Shown here: positions 53,589 to 64,000 of the stretch, piece by piece | Numbering within the stretch: the first letter of the stretch is position 1 | How the letters are laid out: every line of letters starts with the position of its first letter | From: Octopus bimaculoides | Lineage: Eukaryota | Assembly: GCF_001194135.2 (NCBI RefSeq) | Contig: NC_068982.1 | Location: 131,365,816 to 131,429,815, forward strand | Reading direction: 5' to 3' | Length of the DNA stretch: 64,000 nt | Program-made: the position numbers and the translations under genes | The notes under the pieces: generated by a model | Seen by the model: the letters and a program-made list of their open reading frames with translations, nothing else | Told to the model about the DNA's origin: nothing | Databases searched by the model: none

Positions 53589-56500
53589 CACACACACACA
53601 TGCAAAAGAGATAACAAAAGTATCAGGCTTTAAAAAAATAAGTCCTGCAGTCGATTCATTCAGCTAAAAGTTCTTCAAGGCAGTGTCTCAGCATAGCTGC
53701 AGTGTAATGACTGTAACAAGTAAATGATAAAATATAAATGAAATAGCTTTTGGTTTCACTCTATATCATGGCACCTTGGACAAGGATTATCTACTGTAGG
53801 TTTGGTTGACCAATGAATTGTGGGTGGAATTTTGTTGACAGAAACTATACAGAAGCCTGCAAAACATACACGCACACACACACACACACACAGAGATATG
53901 TACATAATCACAAGCATGTGCACACATATACATATATGTATATACATATTATGTATGTCAGCATGTGTGTGTGTGTGTGTGCGTATGTGTATGTTTATGT
54001 CTACATAGCTTTCATAGCAGCTGTGACATTTATGTTTCAAGTAGACAATATGTACTGCAACTTGGCAGTTTGGTGTGCAAAATCCAGTGGAATAAAATAC
54101 TTTATCTGAGGAGGAGGAAACACTGCTATCAGAAGGGGCATCTGTTCCTAAAATAAATACTTCCTTAAGAATTCTCATCCACTCCATGCTAACATGGAAA
54201 AAGCAGATGTAAAAGCAATGAGGATGATGAAAAGAATTTTTGTATAATGTCAGAAACCATTCAGTCTTCTGCACTTATTAAATTTCCTGCTGGAATTCAA
54301 ATGATATACAATAATAATTAAATTTTCAAATATTTTTGGATTCCTTGCACACTATGCTCTAAGAAGCTCCAAACATCATTCTTTTCACACATGCATCAGG
54401 TCTCTAGAGCAGAACAGTCTGACATTAAAAGAAACAAACAAAAAAGGAAAAAAAAAGTTATTTAAAAAAATACTAAATTCACTACTTCAGATATATATTT
54501 CAGATAAATCTTGAATTAAAGTTACAGGGAAACAGATTTCATTAATATATTGAAACAACTTTCAAAAATAGACATGACCGTCACACCAGGCACAAAGACA
54601 TATGCAGGAGTGTGGCACTATCAATGTGGAACTATACTCCATGATGACTTAACCATTTTCTTATATTACTTTACCTTTGTTTCTATAATTACTATTTTTC
54701 AAAAATTGTTGGATTATTTTACTTTTTACTTTTATCTAACATTTGTAATAGCAATTATTTTTGTGTTGAAGAGATACCACGGAAGATTGCATGTAGGAGT
54801 AGCACTCCATTGTGGACCTCTATAAATAGTGACAGGATGGAGAAAATAGCAAATAATTCTAATGGATATAGCTATGAGAAGGATGGGTATTGTCAACCAA
54901 CTTTGTTATATACATTATATACAATATATCATTGGTTCTCAGCCATTTTTTTTATTTAAGGACCTTTTTACAAGGCCGGCTATTTCAGGTGAGTCTGGGC
55001 AAGTCGATTACATTGACTCCAAGACTCAACTAGTACTTATTTTATTGACACTGAAAGGCAAAATTGACCTTGGCAGAATTTGAACTCTGAACATAAAGAT
55101 GGACAAAATGCTACAAAGCATTTTGCCTGGCATACTAACAATTCTGCCAGGTTGCTATCTTGAGCTACTCAAATGTTGATATTCAGTCACTAATGGATTA
55201 GCTCCAGCTTCTGGCCACAATCACAGTGTCTCCTCTCTCTAGCTCTGCTATTGTTTCTATAACAGTCTCCATTCCTCAGAGTAGGCTAGTCTTGTACCTC
55301 CACCATACAGGCATCTCTGACTCACTTGTCTTTCCACTTCTCGTCCCTCATACTGTATCCAAACCTTTTGACCCTGCACTGACCACTATTCCCAGTCTTT
55401 CTCCCCAGAATATTGGCCATTTGGAGTCTTCTCCCTGCTCATGCCTTCTTTCCAGCTGGTGTTGAGCTGCAGTAGTTTAAATGGTGCATCAATGGCATCA
55501 AGCTCACTGGCATTGGAGGGCTTGTAAAGATCATGAGCAATGTCCTTTCAACTAGACCTCAGCTTGTCTACCCTGTAGTCTCTGCTTATAAGATCAGACT
55601 TGGTCATTTGGAGGTTAAATATCTTGAACCTGGACACAAGTCTGTATTGATGGTATGATACAATCTAATGATGCTTCATATGGTTATATATCATATAGTG
55701 ACTTTGTCATCTTCACTTTCATTTGTCTTTTAAAAGATTTGTTAAATATATTATGAATAAATGTCATAGGAATCTGAATAAGGCACCGTACATCTATTAA
55801 CCTAATGTGCATTTGAATGGTTGATTTATTCATTTGAACATTTTAAGAAATTAAATCAACTCCTGTCTCTCTGTGTCTCTCTTTTTCACTTTCTTTCTCT
55901 TCTCTCTGTTTCTCATGTGGTCACACATTAGCAAAAGCAACACAAATATGTCAGTAAAATCTCCCCTTTGATAGAATTCTAATATATTTCATATAAAATT
56001 CCCAGAAGAGCTGTTACTCTGATCAGGTTGATATACTAGTGAATTTATCCTCTCTAACCACACCCAGATGTTGTCAACAATTTGTAAACAGCATACTGGC
56101 AGAATTTGATGTTAAAGAATCCTAACCATGAAGTTAATCAGGAAATTACTTTCCTGAGCAATGTTGGTCTCAAACAAACCTAGGCTTTATCAATATACTG
56201 AAAATATTACAGAAAACTTTTCATGCCAAAATTGTATAATATTAATGCCTTTAAGAACTACAGCCCTTCTGCTCTTTGAGAATTCTGATGGGAACTCTAT
56301 ACCTCTATATACATATGGTAACCTCTTAAGTGTCTGTCATCAAATTCTAACTTGCAGGAAGGATCAAATATTCACACTGGAATGCAAACTGTCAGAGCTC
56401 CAAATCATTCTAGACAAGAACAGCCTGACATTCAAAGAACTATAATTATTCAATTTCTTTGGAAAAATTTACCAAAATTTCCTGTGAGACTTAAAAAAAA

Positions 56501-56690
56501 AATGCTAATTATACTGCTTTAGATAAATATTTAAATAAATCTTAGATTATAGCTACACTGTAACAAATTTCATGAATGTACTGAAATTACAACTTTCTGA
56601 AATAGACATGACCATCACAAATTTCAAGACGTAGAGCAGGAGTGTAGCACTATTGATGGAGAACTGTACTCTATAAATACACTATTTTTC

Positions 56691-56915
56691 ATCATCATCA
56701 TCATCATTATCATCGTCGTTTAACGTCCGCTTTCCATGCTAGCATGGGTTGGACGATTTGACTGAGGACTGGCAAGCCAGAAGGCTGCAGCAGGCTCCAA
56801 GCTGATCTGGCAGAGTTTCTACAGCTGGATGCCCTTCCTAACACCAACCACTCCAAGAGTGTAGTGGGTGCTTTTACGTGCCACCAGCACAAGGGCCAGT
56901 CATATGGTACTGGCA
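56691..56915 (-). mobile_element. (GAT)n-tailed SINE copy
   Basis: Family sequence. A further copy lies at 59715-60000(-). Confidence 0.9.
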
Positions 56916-57577
56916 GTTTCAATTAATTTTTTAAATGATGAAGTGTTTAATAAAATAGCTTTGTCATTATTAAATTGATCTGCTGGAACAAATTAAGAAA
57001 TTTCGATTGGAAATTTTTATTTAAACTACTTTAAAACAGTTTGTATCATAGAACCAAGGGTGGCCACAATTGGGTTGTTAAAAAAAAACTGAAAAAACTG
57101 AAACTAAGATCAAAACAAGCTACAACCCCATTCCTCACAGCTCAGTGAACAGTGATTTGAAGTAAAACTAACTGAAATGGTTATAGGAAATATAAATTTA
57201 TTGACAGTAAATTTAATACTTTTACCACTCTACTGTTAGTGTATTTCTAAACCTTTTTATCTAGGTACAAATATCTTGTATTTCATTAAAAGGGAGAAAT
57301 GAGGAAATGTAACATAAAAGCCTTTTCCAAGGATGTTAGTAAAATAATAGAGCAGATATAATGGTTTGAAACAAGAACTGAAACAGTGTCAAGAGTTTAA
57401 ATGTCTTGGCTTTCAAGGACTTACTTTGCTTTATGATGTTGGTTTGTATCATAGAACCAAGGGTGACTCATTTTAATGGAAGTAAAACAGGCTAATTTTT
57501 CCACATAAAAACATCCAAATTTTAATTAATTCTCTTTTAATAAATCGTCACAATTTCTATTAGGTAAACTCACTCAC

Positions 57578-57716
57578 CTTGCAAAATAGAGGACTGTAGA
57601 GATGAGGGTTTCATTGCAGATCGCTATTGTAATGTAACGACCCTCTCCGTAATCTGATGGAGCTGAACGAACACAGTAGCATAAGTAAATCCCAAAAATT
57701 AGGAATAAAACTTCAA
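57578..57716 (-). CDS. GPR158: GPR158-like exon covering TM5-ICL3-TM6
   Basis: Acceptor gtttttttcAG and donor GTGAGT. Encodes (L)EVLFLIFGIYLCYCVRSAPSDYGEGRYITIAICNETLISTVLYFA(R), compared with family E.LFL..G.YLCY.VR..PS...E.RY...A..NE..IS. 139 nt, phase 1 in and phase 2 out. Not present in the supplied ORF track. Confidence 0.92.
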
Positions 57717-58527
57717 CTGAAAAAACAAAGAAAATTGGAAATTAAAAAAACCCATTAGTTATTTAATTTAACAGGATGTTACAGAAAAATCACAAGAATG
57801 TTTGTAATAAATAGCAAACATTTCTGCTAATGAGTTTAATTATATGTGGTAATGGATTTAATCAATTAATCTTTTTTTTTTTTTTGCTTAGCTTTTGTTT
57901 TGTATCATATTCACATGTTAATATGGTTAGGTAGCTTTTGTTGACACATTTAGTTTTGTAGTTGAATGCTTCTTTTGGCTGTCAACCACTCAGTTATTCA
58001 TTACTAGTGGTAACTTTAGTGAAACAAATTGAAGTAAACACAGTTTTGTGGCTTTGTCTTATCTATCAGGGTGATACAATCATTTCTACTATAGGCAGAA
58101 GACCTGAAATTTTGGGTAGGGGGATAGTTGATTACATCAACCCCAGTTCTCAACTGGTACTTAATTTATGAACCCTGAAAGGATGAAAGACAAAGTCCAC
58201 CATGGCAGAATTTGAACTCAGAATGTGAAGACTGATAAAATACCAATAAGCATTTCGCCCAGCATGCTAGCAATTCTACCAGTTTTCCGCCTTATAACTA
58301 GATAATATAAGGCCAATAGATATGACCAATATTAATAACTGTCTAACAATGTTGAATTATGACTAGAGAATTATGGTATTACAAGTAGATTTAGTCTTAT
58401 TGCATAGCACTTTGGGTAAATGTCTTCTGCTATAGCCCTGGGTTGGTCAAAGCCTTATCAATGATATTAGTTGAAGAAAACTGAAAGACATCTGTCATGT
58501 ATGTATGTATGTATGTATGTATGTATG

Positions 58528-58584
<57 letters not shown>

Positions 58585-58607
58585 CATACATCACACACAC
58601 ACGTGTG

Positions 58608-58647
<40 letters not shown>

Positions 58648-61600
58648 TGTTCATGTGTAGCTTTGCCTTGACATTATGCGATGATTGTAAATGAGCATCG
58701 TCATGCAAGCGAGGTTGTTCATTTCCAGTCTTCCAGCAAAAACATGTCTAGCCATGGGAAAATATTACCTTGCTTGGAAACAGGTGAGGGCTGGTAGCAG
58801 GAAGGGAATCTGTCCATTAAAAATCTGCTTCAACAAATTCCCTCTGACCTATATAAGCTTGGAAAAGTGGATGATGGAAGTGATGATGAGGATGATGATA
58901 GACAGGGTACGAAGAACAGCTCACATGATGCTTTAACCCATTAATTTTTAAAATACTCTGTCAAATGTAATGTTTATCTATTTACATTATTTTGAGTTAA
59001 CCATGCATTATCTTATAGCTTTGAGATTTTGATGAAGTGGTTGTCTATTTTTATGGCAACATTGTAGGGTAGGTATGAGTGGCTGGATCTGGTCAGTTTG
59101 AACATAAAAAAAGTGGAATATTTGGGCCAGATATGGATAGCTTAAATGCTAAAGGATTAATTTTTTTGTATGGTTTCTGAGACTGATTAGAGAAAGCGAG
59201 TTAAGTAACCTAAAACTAGAGACCTGCTCTGAATGCAAGCAACTAGGTTGGACTGGATTGGATTACCCATGTTCAGTCCACTGTAGAATGTAGGCATCAG
59301 CATGTTGTCTCCACAAACCATAGCTACACTCAAACACTCATGAGGGCCATAAATTTGAGCTTGAGATTATATAGGTTTGACGAGCCTACTCTGTCATACT
59401 GACTCGACATGGCTTGGTAGAAAGGTGCAGTTTTTATACTCATTCCCTATTAGTAGTTAAGTCAATTACATTGACCCCAGTGCTCAACTGTTACTTATTT
59501 TATCAACCCCAAAAGGATGAAATGCAAAGTTGATGTCAGTGGAATTTGAACTAGGAAGATAAGGACACAAAATACTGCTAAGCATTTTGCATGGCATACT
59601 AACAATTCTACCAGTTCCTAACTGGATTAACTCAGCTAAATTCAGTCATGAAATGGGTTAAACCAGGTGTTAAACCAGGTAATGAATTAAATCTACTACC
59701 TTAAAACTTAAAATCATCATCATCGTCGTTTAATGTCTGCTTTCCATGCTGGCATGGGTTGGACAGTTTGACTGGGGACTGGTGAGCCAGAGGCTGCACC
59801 AGGTTCAATCTGATCTGGCAAAGTTTCTCGAATGTTGTTTTTCACGTTTTTCACCGGCACATGTGCCGGTAAGGCGACACTGGCAACGATCACACTTGAA
59901 TGGTGCTTTTCACATGCCACTGGTATGGGAGCCAATCCGTAGCCCTGGCAACGATCATGCTCAGATGTGCTTTTAATGTTCCGCTGACACGAGTGCCAGT
60001 CAGGCTGATGGAATCATTAGTATGGTTAGTGACATTTCATCCATCATAATGTCCAAATTCCATTAAGGTTGACTTTCCTTTACGTCCTTTTAGGGTTGAT
60101 AAAATAAGTACCAATTAAGCACTGGGGTTGAGGCAACTGATTTACCCACTTCCCCAAAATTGCTGGCCTTGGGATAAAATTTGAAATCAATATTTGAGGA
60201 CAATTCAGTTGCGGTGTATAAATACAGAAAAACTGTATTAATTTCTTCAAAGCATGTAGTTTTAGATCTATGGATCACTAGGTTACAGGTCCAGCATGCA
60301 TCTACACTACTAATCTGCTCAGCAAGTGATTTAGCAAATATTGTTGACTGTTTTAGGTTACATTACTTATATTACATCATCCATCACATTATTTATTCAT
60401 GTTTATGCATTGGGCTGCATCATAAGTACAAAATATAGAATCTACACAATGCTTGCTGCAGCACTGAGATGTTCATTTATTAATTAAAGGTAACATTTCA
60501 CTCTACCATTACTCTGAGTGTCACATTTGTATAACCATTTGCATAGATCCATATGTTGCAAATTTGTGTCTCTTCATTTGCCATTTTCAGATCAGTCAGG
60601 AGCAAATTGATTCTATAAATGTTTCCCCAGCGAAGCATAGTAAATGAGTTTGCCAGTCATGTATACTATATGTACATGTATATACTTGTAACTCATGCAC
60701 AAATTATGAGCAGTTTGAATTGATTACTGAAATATTTGATGAGCAGTTTGAAATGGAACCAACTTTTCATATCAGACCTTGGTCTATTACCTTTTGAAAT
60801 AAGCCCTCATTTCATGTCTGGTTTGGGCGTTTTGCCAGTTTTATAAGGGATTGTTTATAACTAACATTGTGTTTACAAGACAATAATGAAGCCCCTATGA
60901 AATCATTCAATTTACTAGAAATAACAACCAAATAGTCCTTAAATTACATGTTATTAGCTTAAGAAAAGGTAGGGCATTAAATAATGTAGTCCTAGGTACC
61001 TTTAAAAAGATGGGATGTCTGGATCAGGGAACACTTTGATTATTGATCTTCTTGATCAGAGCTGGTTTGGAGCTAAACAACTACAATGATGACAACAACG
61101 ACAATGACAACGATGATGATGACAATAACAGCAGCAACAATGATAACAAGAACACTGAGACAATAAATTATCTTCCAATTTTTACTGTTTCTGATTTAGT
61201 ACCTAACTGCTTTGAATTCAGATATTGCCATTGTCATCTTTGCTTTTCAATCCTCACAAGTTTGATAAATTAGCACCAGTGATATACAATGTTGTTGATT
61301 ATCTTCCCTGCTTTTCTTCACCAAGGAAGTTAGGGAATTATATCAACTCCAGTACTTGACTGGTGCTTCAGGAAGGATGAAAGGCAAAGATGACCTGAGT
61401 GGTATTTGAATTCAGAATTTAAAGAGCTGAATCCAATACTGCTAGGTATATTCTCTAGCACTCTAATGGTTCTGCCAGTCCACAAACCCTGAATATTGCA
61501 TAATAATAAATCTTGTGACACCCTATATACTGTATATGACACTCCAGGATATCATAATTCCTGAGGGCAGGGGTGTCAAGCATATGGTCTGCAGTTCATA

Positions 61601-62323
61601 TGCAGCAGTGTTTAGTCTGGTCCTTTGCTCAATTTTATTAAAAAAAAAATTATTATTGGTTTTAATTTTAAAATATTCAATAAGATATATATTATTAGCA
61701 TGCACTTAGAGTTGGAGGTCAACTAAAGGTGTGTTTAACGTTGGTTCCAGTTAGTAAAATCAATATAGCTAGGAGAAACTTTTGTTATTTTAACCAGTGA
61801 AAAAGAAGTACATGATTCCACATACTAACAGAAATGATCTATTTCCCCTTCACTTTGTATATACACATTAAGCTGAATGGCTTTTTTTAAAACTTCAGCT
61901 CATGTTTGAAATTGAAAGATTTTACAGCTGAAACAGGGCAAGCTTTCTGTAAAGCACTGGTCTTCTTAAGGACTGCATACATTTATTTGAACAATTTCTA
62001 TCTCCACTGTCATTCTAAAGACTCTTATTTAATAGGGCTATATGAAATAAGTACCAGTGAAATCGACTAGTCCTCACCCCACAAATTTCAGGCCTTGTAC
62101 CTATAGTAGAAAGGAGTATTATTAATATTATTACAATTTTGGTATTTTAATCCACATCTCTACTGCACCACCTGGTCTACCTTTATGTTTCTGAGGTGTG
62201 TGCAACATTGTGTAGACTCCACCTATTAGTGTACTGCATCAATTTGTGCTGTTACAGGTTTATTTTTTGTTTCTTTTTTATTATTATTATTAATAGAAAG
62301 AATTATTATTATTAATAGAAAGA

Positions 62324-62424
<101 letters not shown>

Positions 62425-62425
62425 A

Positions 62426-62645
62426 GCTAAGGTGGCGAGCTGGCAGAGTCATTAGCACATTGGGCAAAATTCTTAGTGGTATTTCGTCTGCCACTACGTT
62501 CTGAGTTCAAATTCTGCCAAGGTTGACTCTGCCTTTCATCTATTCGGGGTCGATAAATTAAGTACCAATTACATACTGAAAATCGATCTAATTGACTGGC
62601 CCCTTCCCCAAAAATTTTGGGCCTTGTGCCTAGAGTAGAAAAGAT
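62426..62645 (+). mobile_element. Full-length copy of the same SINE family
   Basis: GCTAAGGTGGCGAGCTGGCAGAGTCATTAGCAC...GTTCTGAGTTCAAATTCTGCC...GGGGTCGATAAATTAAGTACC...GGCCTTGTGCCTAGAGTAGAAAAGATTATT, reverse-complementary to 3824-4034. Confidence 0.9.
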
Positions 62646-63070
62646 TATTGTTATTATTATTATTTTTATCATTGTTATTATATAACTGAATCCTCTCTCT
62701 AAAACAATTTTTGTTCCAGTTATAGTTAAGATTAGGCTGGTGGCAATTGTCTGTAAAATACAGCTGTGGGTTGTGTGACTTTTGAAAATTCATAATGGGT
62801 TTTGCACCAAAATAAGTTTGATGCATAGTAAATAAGCTAATATATGGTAACTTCTTAGAGTTAGTATGACTGGGTCACTGAAGGTTATATATTTTAGCCA
62901 TGGATAAAACTCAGAATAGGTGAAAGGATCCACACCACTGGCCTTTAAATTTGCTAGCTAGCTCTCTATTGACCAGACCAGCAGCAGTACAACTTATATT
63001 AAGCAAGAATAAAATATAAGCAATATACAAACAACAGCATTGTTTCTCTTTACTAAATTGTTTTACTCAC

Positions 63071-63309
63071 GTATTTCAATGACATAATCCCACCAATGTG
63101 CTCTGCAGACAAAATATTTGAGGCCAGCAGGGACTGTCACTCCAGAAGTAACTAGTGGGACATTGTCATTGACATGATCCAGATTGACCGCTGTCCAAGC
63201 AGCCATATAACCAAGCACGACAATCACCATGAGCAAGAGATATTTCAACAAGTCTTTGTCTTGCACATGGACACGGTGTGCTTTGCGAGATTGAAAATCT
63301 GCCAATAGT
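63071..63309 (-). CDS. GPR158: GPR158/GPR179-like class C GPCR, exon covering ICL2-TM4-ECL2; earlier exons lie beyond the window end
   Basis: Minus-strand acceptor ttttgttcatttcAG and donor GTGAGT. Encodes (x)LLADFQSRKAHRVHVQDKDLLKYLLLMVIVVLGYMAAWTAVNLDHVNDNVPLVTSGVTVPAGLKYFVCRAHWWDYVIEI, matching the GPR158-family pattern F.SR.A......L..L......W.......C...WDY. 239 nt. Confidence 0.9.
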
Positions 63310-63798
63310 CTGAAATGAACAAAAGCATGAATAATTTAAGAGAGATATTTTGATATAACATGTGTTTTTATATCATATGAAATTACAATGGAACTATAGA
63401 GACAAGAAAAAATCATACCATATTCTACAAGAGTATAACTAGAATTCCATTTGATTTTTTATCATAAAATTACATAAGTCTTTTGAGAAAACATCACTAC
63501 ATTATACAGAATTATAACCACAATTCTATGTTTTATATCACATGAAATTACATGGAATTATAGGAAAAATAAAACATTACCACATTATACAAGAGTATAC
63601 CCAGAATTACATTTGTGTTTTTTTTTAATCATAGAATTACATGGAACTATTAAGAAAACTTCACACAATATGTTAACACCGATTTCAGTGTTGTTTTCAT
63701 GGTGATGGTGTCTCTGAGTTATTGACAGAACTGCTGATATAACAATAGATAACCAATAGCAATTATGTAAATCACTGGCCAGCATATATATTCATATA

Positions 63799-63840
<42 letters not shown>

Positions 63841-64000
63841 TATGTGTGTGTGTGTGTGTGCATGTGCGTACATATACACACATGCATACACACAAAAACC
63901 ATGCCAAAACAGACACAGAGGCATGGCACAGGCTCCTGCCTGGCCAGTTCCTATCAAACTACCCAACCCATGCCAATGATGACGATGATATATATATATA

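Noticed and set aside
56161-56445. 94-aa + strand ORF inside the GPCR intron
   Set aside because: No recognisable domain or splice signals; the length is within chance expectation.

Overview
AT-rich, repeat-dense animal genomic DNA, not prokaryotic. The SINE families, microsatellite load and gene sequences point to a coleoid cephalopod, most likely Octopus (inference). The window holds two convergent, partial, intron-containing genes. (1) On the + strand are the last three coding exons of mitochondrial ribosomal protein L10 (MRPL10; 4102-4274, 5884-6020, 8544-8740). (2) On the - strand are the last five coding exons of a class C GPCR of the GPR158/GPR179 family (63071-63309, 57578-57716, 51586-51691, 46812-46991, 44399-44713). 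I reconstructed both by hand; all splice sites are GT-AG and the exon phases are consistent. The rest is introns plus about 35 kb of intergenic DNA. It contains many SINE copies from several families, micro/minisatellites, 8 assembly gaps and decayed transposons: an internally deleted mariner, piggyBac-type TTAA MITEs, foldback elements, a solo LTR with a 4-bp TSD, and Penelope, HERO-like, RTE, CR1/L2-like and R4/Dong-like fragments. Almost all of the supplied ORF track is non-coding noise from repeats and gaps. The most unusual structure is at 34.4-36.3 kb. Three different R4/Dong-like retrotransposon 3' ends are stacked in (TAA)n tracts, and one of them is bracketed by an inverted duplication of SINE plus flank. 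I found no CRISPR array, true tRNA or rRNA gene, and no clearly new multi-gene system.
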